From Macrostomum lignano (lineage: Eukaryota): DNA of 30,088 nucleotides. This document shows, piece after piece, positions 1 to 11,396 of the stretch. The notes under the pieces were generated by a model. The model was not told the origin of the DNA and did not search any database. It worked only from the letters and a program-made list of their open reading frames with translations. The DNA is taken from contig NIVC01004959.1 of assembly GCA_002269645.1 (NCBI GenBank), forward strand, positions 1 through 30,088. Reading direction: 5' to 3'. The translations under genes were made by a program, and so were the position numbers. Numbering within the stretch: position 1 is the stretch's first letter; every line of letters starts with the position of its first letter.

Positions 1-617
1 TTGGCATTTTAATTCTACTTCAGAAATAGTATGAAGAGATCCCAACTTGTCAGATTCCAATTTTGCAACAAGGAAACCACTGGTTCGAAAAATGTAGATG
101 TCAGTCCCAACATTGGCTTCTACTGTCTGTATAAATGCTAAGCTCTTGTGCATACGCCGATAGTGTAGCAGTAGGAGTTGTATGCAGTCTGCCGCAATAA
201 TTTCCGTGGAAAGGCCATGGGCCTAGTGTGTGAACATAGCGCCTATGTAAATGCATTGGTGCACTCTTTACACTCTATTACCATATCTATAGATCTACGC
301 TCGTATCTATGCGTGTGCATATGGGAAAATTGCCTGGTGATTTGGATATAAGGACTGAAAATTTCCTACTGTGTGATTAACCCCATTAAATTAAATACTG
401 ATTTTGTTTAAACTCTACCTGTTGGAATTCTGTTAGAAACAAAAATTAACAGTACGCGCTGCCCATCCTGTGTGCATGAAGTTTGCATAACCTGCAAGTT
501 ATGCCGACTCGGTTGGTTAAAATCGTATGAGCACACTGCTCGTGCTGCACTGCAGCATCACCCGCTGGCTAATCTGCTACGAATGTAAATTCCCATACAG
601 CATTGGCGAAAAGTAGT

Positions 618-988
618 CTTTCCCTGATCAGTGCGAACAGTGCGCGGTTGCTACTTTGAACTTCTTAATATGCTCTCAAGTGCCGATTTCACTTCTATAG
701 AAGACTTGCTCTTTAATGCCCTCGCCCATGCGCACTTGGACAGCACATTAATGCATCTTAGAATATACCTGTAGCCATTATTATACTTGGAAAAAGGAAT
801 CATCTTCAGATTCAGCTCCCATTGATCATCAATGCTTTGAACTATAATTGGGTCGTTAGCCAGCTTTTCACAGCCTTTTCACTCACTCGGACAACCCTAT
901 TTGCGAACTTTCATAAATTTTTGCAGCCAGAAAAACGGACTTCTTGAACTTTAGGTAGATAAAATAGTTGCAATATTGATAGGATCAT
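618..988 (-). pseudogene. Polinton/Maverick-type retroviral-like (DDE) integrase, decayed N-terminal half
   Basis: Manual translation from ATG 988: MILSILQLFYLPKVQEVRFSGCKNL*KFANRVVRVSEKAVKSWLTTQ, then a frameshift/deletion at ~848, then IIVQSIDDQWELNLKMIPFSKYNNGYRYILRCINVLSKCAWARALKSKSSIEVKSALESILRSSK*QPRTVRTDQGK. This follows the Polinton integrase pattern as I recall it (YY.P...SFSG..KL; V..WL..Q; ID..WQ.DL....SK.N.GY.YIL..ID..SK.AWA..LK.K; P..LQTD.GK). Two stops, one frameshift, truncated after TDQGK. Confidence 0.85.
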
Positions 989-1017
989 AAGTTTGTCTCT
1001 ACAGGGGTTTTTAATGG

Positions 1018-1567
1018 TGCTGATTTCAAATTTAAGCTTCATTTTTTGTAGCTTAAAGCCAACCACCGGGGCATGGGAAATGGGGGGTTTTAGGGTGAGG
1101 AGAATCTTCATGAGAAATGATTTTATGTACCTAAACTTCAATAGAGGCATGGAGGTCTATAGAAGATTAGGTAGATAAATTTGCAGGCTGAGGGGCGGGG
1201 GTGGGGTGAAGGGAGGGGCTAACAACTACCAACAACAGGGCATGGGGAATGGGGGGGGTTTGGGGAGAATCGTCATGAGGATATATTTTATGTACCTAAA
1301 CTTCAATAGAGGCATGGGGGTCTATTGAAGATTAGGTAGATAAATTCCGAACCCGAGGGGGGAACCTGAGGGGGTGGCTGACAACCACCAACCACCAAGG
1401 CATGGGGAATGAGGCGTTTTAGGGTAGGGAGAATCTTCATAGGGATTGATTTTACGTACCTAAACTTCAATATAGGCATGGAGGTCTATTGTAGATTAGG
1501 TAGATTATTCGGAGACTGAGGGGGTCCAGGGGGGAATTGTAATAAAGCTTAAATTAAAAATTCAGCA
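1018..1567. repeat. ~550-bp insert: three diverged 160-170-bp tandem units bounded by ~27-bp imperfect inverted repeats
   Basis: GCATGGG anchors at 1071, 1240 and 1400 (periods 169 and 160), with a shared core TACCTAAACTTCAATA.AGGCATGG.GGTCTAT..AGATTAGGTAGAT. TGCTGATTTCAAATTTAAGCTTCATTT (from 1018) pairs with AATAAAGCTTAAATTAAAAATTCAGCA (1541-1567). No TSD seen. Confidence 0.7.
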
Positions 1568-1729
1568 AGTTAGGCCTATCGAACACCTCTATCGAACACC
1601 TTAAGATAATCCTCTGTACGGTCTTCCGGCAGGCGCTTGAGCCAGATGGTGCCGCTATTGATCACGAGTTTGTCAAAGCCAAGCTTGACGGTGATGTGCC
1701 GATTGATTGCCCAATACCGAGTGCACAAG

Positions 1730-1939
1730 CTAGCGTTTCAGCTGCTTCACCTTCTCCCATTGGTACGCATTGAGGTTAAAGCCAGGGATGCCTGCCCTGA
1801 GCCCGCTTTTAGAGGAGAAGAAACATCGGATTGCCATAAAGCGATGACCCTCGTACTCTTGCACTTGGACTTTGAAGCCTTCACAAAGATCAATCAATGT
1901 CTGTTTCTTTAAATGAGATGCTTCAAAAATTTTCTTTCC
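1730..1939 (-). pseudogene. PC4/SUB1-like ssDNA-binding domain fragment inside the Polinton remnant
   Basis: Stop-to-stop frame with no 5' ATG, so absent from the ORF track: GKKIFEASHLKKQTLIDLCEGFKVQVQEYEGHRFMAIRCFFSSKSGLRAGIPGFNLNAYQWEKVKQLKR*. It aligns by eye to the PC4 core (human [53 protein letters not shown]) through the pattern V.V..Y.G.....IR.......G....G..G..LN..QW..VK. Confidence 0.7.
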
Positions 1940-2385
1940 TCATAAAGCCTAAGTGGAGCAGGGTGAGTGCCAATAATGAGTTTCCTCCAGTAAATATATC
2001 AGTATGCATTTTTTATCCACCGGGCCCCCATGGTGCTGTAGTCTTTACAATAAATTTCTCTGGCTTACGACAAAGTCCACGCATTTAAACAAATCACACG
2101 TCCCCTAACCAGCCCCCACGATATTTCCATGGCTTTCCTGCGGTAGAGTTTTCCACGCAAAACATAAATTTTCTATATCTTTACGCATCAAACAGTTAAT
2201 GTATTCATAAACAGATTATTTTCTTACCGTTATTGAACAACAGTAATAAAACTGATTATATTGCCGCCAGTTTTAAAGTCTTTAATAAACCGCCATCGCA
2301 ACTACTCACCATGCATTAATTCCATGACATGCATTAGAACAACAGCGGCTATGTATTATATATAGCCGCTGTTGTTTATAATATA

Positions 2386-3044
2386 ACGGGTGTCCCAAAA
2401 AAGGTAACACTTTGTGCGCTCACTGTGAGTGAGCAGTTAGGCCTATAGCACAGTAATTTAACAGGTCCACAGTAAACATTTGTAAGTTTTTCCCACAAAC
2501 ATTTGGTTGCGAAAAATTGCTCCAGAGGCGAGTTATTGAGCACAGAAGTGTACGCTAGCTTTTCTGCCAAGCTTTGCCATACACAGCTGCCATAGACAAG
2601 CTTTTGCTTTAAAAATTTTAACGTTAGATCAGTCTCAGAGTCTATGCATGCTCTGTCATTTTTCTTACGCAAAAGATTGTCTATGGCCTCCGTCTATGGC
2701 AAAGCTTAGCAGAGAAGCTAGCGTACACTTCTGTGCTCAAAAAAATCAATAAAATTTTTTCAAATAAACTGGTATTTGACCACACACCGTCTCAGAGTAT
2801 ATGCTCCTTAAGATTTTTTAAAGCAAAAGCTTGTCTATGGCAGCTGTGTATGGCAAAGCTTGGCAGAAAAGCTAGCGTACACTTCTGTGCTCAATAACTC
2901 GCCTCTGGAGCAATTTTTCGCAACCAAATGTTTGTGGGAAAAACTTACAAATGTTTACTGTGGACCTGTTAAATTACTGTGCTATAGGCCTAACTGCTCA
3001 CTCACAGTGAGCGCACAAAGTGTTACCTTTTTTGGGACACCCGT
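2386..3044. mobile_element. Tc1/mariner-type MITE/foldback with ~230-bp near-perfect TIRs, TA-flanked, nested in the Polinton
   Basis: 2386-~2615 is the reverse complement of ~2815-3044 (ACGGGTGTCCCAAAAAAGGTAACAC... / ...GTGTTACCTTTTTTGGGACACCCGT). TA on both flanks. GGGTGTCCC-type termini are mariner-like. A third partial TIR copy lies at ~2679-2740. Confidence 0.85.
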
Positions 3045-4336
3045 TATAATATATATATACGCTCGTAATATATCTCATTAGGCCCCACGCTATTTCCGTG
3101 GCTTTCCCCGCGGCAGAGTTCTCCCATTCAATCACATAGACGCCCGTCTGATGCGGGTCTATGGCTTTTACACGGTAATTCCTGCGGCAGAGTGCATCAA
3201 TGGTATTTACATTAGCGCCATGTTCACACACTAGGCCCATGGCTTTTCCACGGAAATTCCTGCGGCAGAGTGAACACAACTCCTACTACTACTACTGCCG
3301 ATCCGTATCGAGCACGAACAATTTGCTTGCCCTGATACTTAGTTTTATAAACCAGCTGTGCGCAAGAAGTGCTCCACAGAATTGAAACAGCTAAGCAGGA
3401 CGAGACACGTGAATTTACTAAAAAAATCGTAACCTTAATCAGCTTCATTCATTCACGTGGTGGCTCTCCATTTAATATAATATTTTATTGCTTTTTCGGT
3501 TAATAATAGCTTTTATGTATCCTTATATACATAGGTAAATATCTATCCGCATAGATTAATATTGCTTCTGTATACTTATCACAACACCTAAATTTAGCTA
3601 TGTTATGTTTTTTATGTCTCGGATTTTATTAAAAAAGCTCTACCGATTCTTGAATTCGCACCACATTTTTTCACGTTTGGTAAAAATCTTTTCTCGTTAA
3701 AAATCTCGTCAGCGTGGGATTAAGCTGAATAATTTTTAGAACCGACAATAACCCAGATAGTAGCCAAAACTAAGGTCATTCTTTGGTCCTGATATCAGCC
3801 ATAGTTTTAACAAAACCAAGGAATAATTCAAATGTTAGCGGAGCTTAAACCAAGCATTAGGCCAGACAAAGAGCCGAGAATTTTTTCCAAAAAAACATAC
3901 CAGACATCAGCGCCACGCAATAATTCCTATATTGTATTTTAATACCATTGTGCTTCATTTTCATTGCTAACTGTAATGGTAGTGCTAATATGTGAAGCTT
4001 AATTAAATGGGAAATTCCGTAGAATTAAAGGGTAAGTGCTGGGATATCAAGAATTAAAGAGTAGACGCTGGTGCTGAGATGGTAAGCTTAAGGGGTAAGT
4101 GGGCCACCGAGGCTTGAAGTGGAGTGCTGAGACGTCAAGGTTCAGGAGAAACGCTGATATGCCAAGAAAAAAGAGATGAAGAGAACGCAAGCGACGCAGC
4201 CAATCAGCGATCAACAAAGCCAAATAGGAAACCAGACCAGTTTTTACCGATCTTACTGTTTTCAAAACAAATCCATATACTAAATGTCTTGATACTAAGC
4301 TAGTTATCAACCTGTTATTTTTCACTGCATCTACAG

Positions 4337-4771
4337 GTAGGAATTGATATACGTGACACAGTAAACTACAAGGAAGTCATGGCTCAGTACCGTCTCGGTC
4401 CTAACGGTGCAATTCTGACCTGTCTAAACCTATTCGCTACTAAGTTTGATCAAGTAATTAATTTGATTAACTCGCGCCGATCGAGTATAGAGTTTGTAAT
4501 AGTTGACACACCTGGTCAGATTGAAGCTTTTACCTGGTCAGCCTCTGGCTCAATCATTACTGAGGCACTGGCTGCACAGCTTCCTACTGTTCTCGTCTAC
4601 GTGATGGACACACCACGGAGCCACTCACCAGTTACGTTTATGTCAAATATGCTATACGCCTGCAGCATTCTATACAAGACACGCCTGCCGTTTGTCGTTG
4701 CGCTCAACAAGACGGACATTATATCTGCTGACTTTGCCATGGAGTGGATGACCAATTTCGAAGCCTTTCAG
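4337..4771 (+). CDS. GPN1: GPN-loop GTPase 1, internal coding exon
   Basis: (VG)[38 protein letters not shown]...[22 protein letters not shown]...[21 protein letters not shown]...NKTD...FEAFQ contains the GPN motif, the DTPGQIE G3 box and the NKTD G4 box. Acceptor is ctacAG at 4335-4336 (AG at 4339-4340 is an alternative); donor GT at 4772. The exon with the GxxGxGKT P-loop was not found and is probably upstream of the window. Confidence 0.95.
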
Positions 4772-5080
4772 GTATTTTAGCAGTCTTTTGTACTTTTTTA
4801 TTAAATGACGTTCTATTTATTACCCGTATGTATTTAGTTTACTCGTAGTAATTTGTTTCTTTGCGCTTTTTCCTTTTTAAAGCAAGTCGTATTTTTTTCA
4901 AAACTAAGTTGCGGTGGTTTTAAGTATAGCATTAAGTGATTTAGTTTCGAATTCGACTGAAGAAAGTCTGTGTACTACTCGTAGCAATATTGTAACGCCA
5001 CTTTGGAAGCCGTTACAATAAAACATATCCCCTTCATTAGCATTAGCAGGGTCCCTTGAAGGAATGGTATCTGCATGATA

Positions 5081-5922
5081 AAACAGTAACAGGGATCATT
5101 CGGGGAATGGCATCAGTTACTCTCAGAATGTTGAAACAGTAACAGGGTTCTTTCCAGGAATGGCATCAGTTACTCACAGAATGTTGAAACAGTAACAGGG
5201 TTCCCTCCGGGAATGGTATCAGTTACTCTCAGAATGTTGAAACAGTAACAGGGCTCCCTCCGGGAATGGTATCAGTTACTCTCAGAATGTTGAAACAGTA
5301 ACAGGGTTCCCTCGGGAATGGTATCAGTTACTCTCAGAATGTTGAAACAGTAACAGGGTTTCCTCCGGGAATGGCATCAGTTACTCTCAGAATGTTGAAA
5401 CAGTAACAGGGTTCCCTCCGGGAATGGTATCAGTTACTCTCATAATGTTTAAACAGTAACAGGGTTTCCTCCGGGAATGGTATCAGTTACTCTCAGAATG
5501 TTGAAACAGTAACAAGGTTCCTTCTGGGAATGGCATCAGTTACTCTCAGAATGTTGAAACAGTAACAGGGTTCCCTCGGGAATGGTATCAGTTACTCTCA
5601 GAATGTTGAAACAGTAACAGGGTTTCCTCCGGGAATGGCATCAGTTACTCTCAGAATGTTGAAACAGTAACAGGGTTTCCTCCGGGAATGGTATCAGTTA
5701 CTCTCATAATGTTGAAACAGTAACAAGGTTCCTTCTGGGAATGGCATCAGTTACTCTCATAATGTTTAAACAGTAACAGGGTTTCCTCCGGGAATGGTAT
5801 CAGTTACTCTCAGAATGTTGAAACAGTAACAAGGTTCCTTCTGGGAATGGCATCAGTTACTCTCAGAATGTTGAAACAGTAACAGGGTTCCCTCGGGAAT
5901 GGTATCAGTTACTCTCAGAATG
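5081..5922. repeat. Minisatellite, 16 units of 52-53 bp, in a GPN1 intron
   Basis: Consensus AAACAGTAACAGGGTTCCCTCCGGGAATGGTATCAGTTACTCTCAGAATGTTG, with unit starts at 5081, 5134, 5187 ... 5821, 5874 and degenerate edges on both sides. Confidence 0.97.
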
Positions 5923-6469
5923 ACAAAGTAAATTACCCTCGGAATCCCCCTCTCTGATTTTTACTTGATTCTTTTATAAATTAATGCATTAAAATAAACA
6001 TTATTTCAGCCTCAGTTGGCGGAGGAAAATAAGATAGAGTATTGAATTATTTGGTATACTTAAATTAGAATCGATTAATTGGAATAAAAAAACAGTAAGG
6101 CAAGGGTCAAAAGTGAGTGAACTCAGCAACAGTCGAAAGTTCCACCTGAACAAATCACGCGTAGTTAGAGAGATAGAAAGAAAAATAGACAGTGGAACTT
6201 TTGACTTGTTGGGTATATACTTATAACAAGCTGTTAAAACCCGCGGATTTTGAACCCGGGGAATTCCAATACCCGGAACTACTTTCGCATGTATTCTGAA
6301 ATCTAAGGCCATACACAAACAAAAACTTGTTAATAGTTAGTAGGATAGAGGTAGACATAAAATGGAGCACCTTCGTGTAAAATTAGGGTTTGAGACATTG
6401 TTGGCTGGGGTACTGTGCAGAATGTCAGGCAATGTCTGTCTGACTCTAAAACATATATTGCTAAACTCT

Positions 6470-7680
<1,211 letters not shown>

Positions 7681-8329
7681 CATCTGCCCCTCAGCTATGA
7701 GCTGGATTCTTTATCTGGCCTTTGAGGTAAAAGTATGCCCATCCCTGCTTGGAAAGCCAGTTTGTGGGATGTAGTACTCTCATGGTTGTTCTCATGCTTT
7801 GATCACGTCATCTTTCTTGCCAATTTGCAGCCCTGAAAGGAATTTGTGTATCTTCAGCTCCACTGCAGTCTTCATCGGTCTAACAACCAAGGAAATACGC
7901 ATTTCTTAGGAGGCCATTTAAATTTTAAAGTACCTTTAAGAGAAAACTTAAATTTCCATGGTGTGTCTAATTTAGTAGGGTTGTATTGCATTGCATCGCT
8001 TTTTCATAAATCTTTCGCTTTTACAAACCATGCTGAATTACCTTGATTTGCCATTGCCATCCACTGTTAAACTGCTGCAGAGTTTGCCTATACAGAGGGC
8101 AGTGGTTAGAATTTCTCACTAAACTGTTATGGCTAAACGTAGCCTCTCCACTCTCGGGGTGCAGAGAAGGCTATAAATAAAGTTATTCCAAAACACTGTA
8201 CATTTGCTATGTACATTCAGTCCTATCGCCTGACCCTTCGTCTGGCTCTGGGGGAATGAGTGAGTGAGTGAGTGGCACAAACAACAGAAAAAGCAGACAA
8301 ACTTCACATGCTTACAGTTTCTTTTTCGG

Positions 8330-8894
8330 TTGAGTTACAGAGTTGAGACTTTATATTTAGACAGAGAATGAGTCAATGAAGAATTGTGTCAAGTTTGAAG
8401 TCAATCGCTTCACGTGGAGCAAACTTATGGCAGCCGAAAGTTAGTCATTTTAAACCCCTTTTTCACATCTGAGCCCAGATCGGGAAAGAGAGGCAGGCGG
8501 GCGGAGGTTGGGGTGGCTGCCTCGCTGAAAAAAACAGCCTAACTTTAAAAGTGCACAGCGGCTTTCAGGATTAACTTTGAGATTTGAAATTTTACACGAT
8601 TGTGTCAAAATAGTTGAAAATTGCCTGTGTCAAATTTGAAGAGAATCGGTAGAAGTGGAGCGGCGCTATAGAGGATCTAGTGAAAAAATCGCGCATTTTG
8701 AGCAGTTTTTTGTACTTTTAGGTAGGAAGACTTGAGTCTAGGAAATTAAAAGGTAGCTTAAGACATTCTCCGTAGTAAGTTTAGGGTGGGTGTAAAGTTT
8801 GGTGTAATTTGGTTGAGCGGTTTGGGAGTCCATAGCGAAGTAATTTGTCCACAGACAGACAGACAGAGTTTTGGTTTTTATAGGTAGAGACTAG
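8330..8894 (+). mobile_element. Possible non-autonomous Helitron/Helentron-associated (HINE/Lep1-like) element; 5' boundary uncertain
   Basis: Three AA(G/A)TTTG...AAT(C/T)(G/T)G-type motifs (8391, 8632, 8795), an (ACAG)4 microsatellite at 8851-8866, a T-rich stretch and a terminal CTAG at 8891-8894. This layout resembles invertebrate non-autonomous rolling-circle elements. Confidence 0.35.
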
Positions 8895-9673
8895 CTGGAA
8901 TTACCTTCAATTACCTGGATTCAGAAGAAAAGGAGGGTTGGAGTTCGCGAATGAAGGAAGAGGCAAGATTGAAGAGCCAATCAGAAGAAGGCAATGAGGG
9001 AGAGGTAAAGAGAATAACAAGACTGAACTAGACGGAGAGGGAAGGTGAAAGTTGAACATGGACTCCTCAGAATTAAACCTCAAGGATCGGGTTACACAGC
9101 GGATTTAGATCAAAATCTAAAAACAGCTTCGTCATAATAGTTTTCTACCCATGATACGGACAAAATTTAAATTTAAAGTTCATCAAACACCCTCCTGCAG
9201 CCTGATAAACAGTTCCATCTCAGAATCAGACAGATCGCTCTAAACACATGGAACAGATTCCCTAATAAAATTAGACAGACGTAAAACAAAGTGCCAAGGA
9301 ATCCCATTTGCTCGCTGCGCACCCCAAGAAGCGTGACTCGAATTTCGCTTTTACAAGTTTAGTTAACCAAAATCTGTCATTAGGCGAGAATTTAAAGCAT
9401 TATTTAAAAAATGAGGGCTTCCACAGTCGGATTTGAGTCGGTATTACTAAATATGTTAGATTTTTTGCCAAAGATTGGGAAATGGCCCCAAATCAAAACG
9501 TGGGAGCATTGCCCCCCATAACCGTTTATTGGTTACCAATTACCAATATCTGTGCAATAATTTTATGAAGGCAAAATCACTACGTGAAGGTGTGACAGCC
9601 ACGTTTAAAACAATTCTTATACATGTCTTCCCGAACTTATTTTGCCTACAATTCTACCGCTTCAATTCTTCAG

Positions 9674-10165
9674 GAAGCCCTGCACCAGGAGCGAAGCTAT
9701 TTGAGTAACCTGACCCGGTCAATGAGCCTAGTTCTGGACAGCTTCTATGCTGGACTGCGCTGTGCTGGCGTTAGCGCTGCCACTGGTGATGGTATGCCGC
9801 TTTTCCTTAGCCGGGTGCGAGATGCTGTAAGCGAGTATTACACCGACTATGTGCCTATGTATGAAAAGCTGCGCACGGATGCGGCAGCCACTGCCTCAAA
9901 GTCTTCAAGTGTCAGTCAAGCCAGCAACGCTACGACTACGAGTGATTTGACATCTGCGCAACAGAAGTCAGACATGTTTATTGGAGCTCGGCCGGCATCC
10001 TATTCTGAAGACAGCGATGACGATGGCAACAATGCAAGCGCCTCGTCCTGTGAAGGAACCAACGAGCAGAGTGAATTAGAGTCCTTTCGGCGCTATGTCG
10101 AGCGTTTGCGGCTTGACAAAGTCAATGAAGGATGCAGTGGCGATGGTGACGGGCCATCAGACTGA
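9674..10165 (+). CDS. GPN1: GPN-loop GTPase 1, terminal coding exon
   Basis: Acceptor ttcttcAG at 9672-9673; the phase-0 join gives FEAFQ|[25 protein letters not shown] (human [30 protein letters not shown]). Acidic C-terminal tail, stop TGA 10163-10165. Intron 4772-9673 is 4.9 kb. Confidence 0.95.
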   Translation, partial: [163 protein letters not shown]

Positions 10166-10585
10166 GGCTTTCTGTATAAAACAAGCCGTATTTCGCAAAA
10201 AATTATATGCAAGTTGCCTAATAGTTATCCATGCTACAATTTGATTCAATTGTATTCCTAACGTCATTTCATTCAGTAATTTCAATTTTAATGTCCTCCA
10301 TAAAAATGTTTAGTAACACGGGCATTTATTTTATGGATCTAATAACAATTCTCAATCTAGCAACTGTTATTACATGCTAAATTTGATAATCTTTCACGAC
10401 TAGGAAGATTCGCATTCGTACTACTTGTATACGAGCATATTCAGCGTAAATTGTATACATATGTTCTTTCTTAAGATAATGACTCAATTAGAAAACAAAA
10501 AGAACAATAAGATCGAAATAAACGCTGCTTTAATTATTTATACTTAAAGTATAAAGTAGGCACCGACAAACCCCAAGCTTCATAT

Positions 10586-10872
10586 CAAGGACTACTAAAG
10601 TAGGACGCAACACTCAAAATCTATGGAAAATGTCTTGAAGGCAACTTTTCGCCGAAAAATACACTACGGAGATAGGAAGTTATCGATTTTTCAGCACAGA
10701 ATTTTTTTTTGCTTTCGATAGGAGGCAGACCCAATGTTCATCTTTTGATGTTGTGCCTTTCTTATAGCTCGTTTGATATTCATAAAGCTTCTCGTTCAGA
10801 AAATTATGATGTTACTTTTTCCATGAAACGTGAGTGTCGCGTCCTGCATATTCGTTGCTTTAGTTGTCCTTG
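10586..10872. mobile_element. MITE-like interspersed repeat (family also present at 21782-22780)
   Basis: Imperfect TIRs CAAGGACTACTAAAGTAGGACGCAACACTC...ATGGAAAA and TTTTCCATGAAACGTGAGTGTCGCGTCC...CTTTAGTTGTCCTTG. The internal segment is highly similar to ~21800-21960 and, inverted, to ~22604-22722. No clear TSD. Confidence 0.7.
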
Positions 10873-11396
10873 CTTCAAATTCGTTTCCAATTATATAGTG
10901 TAGTTGTAAAGTGACGTAAAGTAAGGAACAACAATGGAATTCCACTTGGCCTAAGCAACAGAAAAAGCAATACACTTCCATAGTACATCCATAGAGGGAT
11001 TCAAATATACGCTTTCAAAAAATTCGAAATTCAATGACTTAATGGCGAAATTGACAATTGTATATAAATTTAGAAACCTTATTAAAAATAAAGATTTTAT
11101 TGGAAGATGAAATGAAAAATAATTTCAGCAAAACCAAATGTATAATTTAGGGATTTTAAACAGCACATTAGAAAAATTGGAATATGTGACGAGTACAATA
11201 GACAACAGGTGAATGAAAGTCACAAACAGCATCTAATCATAATTTATCCAACCTGCTGCATTTGCAGGCAGAGGCAGTTAGTGAAGCAGTGGAAGGAGCA
11301 GCTGCAGTAGCCAGTGCGGCCATCGGCGGTGCAGGCGCTGAGGCGGAGTCCGATGCTGGTGCCGTCAGTCTGACTTTTTGTCGGGAATCCAATCTG

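Larger units (their letters stand above)
162..3296. mobile_element. Internally deleted Maverick/Polinton (non-autonomous remnant) with TIRs and 6-bp TSD
   Basis: GCCGAT lies at 156-161 and again at 3297-3302, exactly outside the ends. Right end reads ...TCCTACTACTACTACT (3296); left end reads AGTGTAGCAGTAGGAGTTG (162), a decayed AGTAGTAGTAGT. 162-~270 is the reverse complement of ~3190-3296 (shared GAATTTCCGTGGAAAgGCCATGGGCCTAGTGTGTGAACAT-type core), with weaker similarity out to ~340/~3110. A Polinton-type integrase remnant lies inside. 6-bp TSDs and AGT/AG-repeat termini are established Polinton hallmarks. Confidence 0.88.

Noticed and set aside
1637-1912. Plus-strand 91-aa ORF with LVLLHLDFEAF, superficially like an RT motif
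   Set aside because: No other RT motifs are nearby, and the opposite strand gives a much more extensive PC4-like match co-oriented with the integrase.
2376-3081. Two ORFs encoding the same peptide (AEKLAYTSVLNNSPLEQFF...) on opposite strands
   Set aside because: This is a trivial consequence of the MITE's inverted repeats; there is no protein motif.
1-4336. GPN1 first exon (GMAGSGKT / INLDPAV)
   Set aside because: Not found by eye on the + strand; it is presumed to lie upstream of the window, so no coordinates are claimed.
5081-5922. Regular ~53-bp palindromic repeats as a CRISPR array
   Set aside because: Units are contiguous with no unique spacers, no cas genes are present, and the context is a spliceosomal intron.
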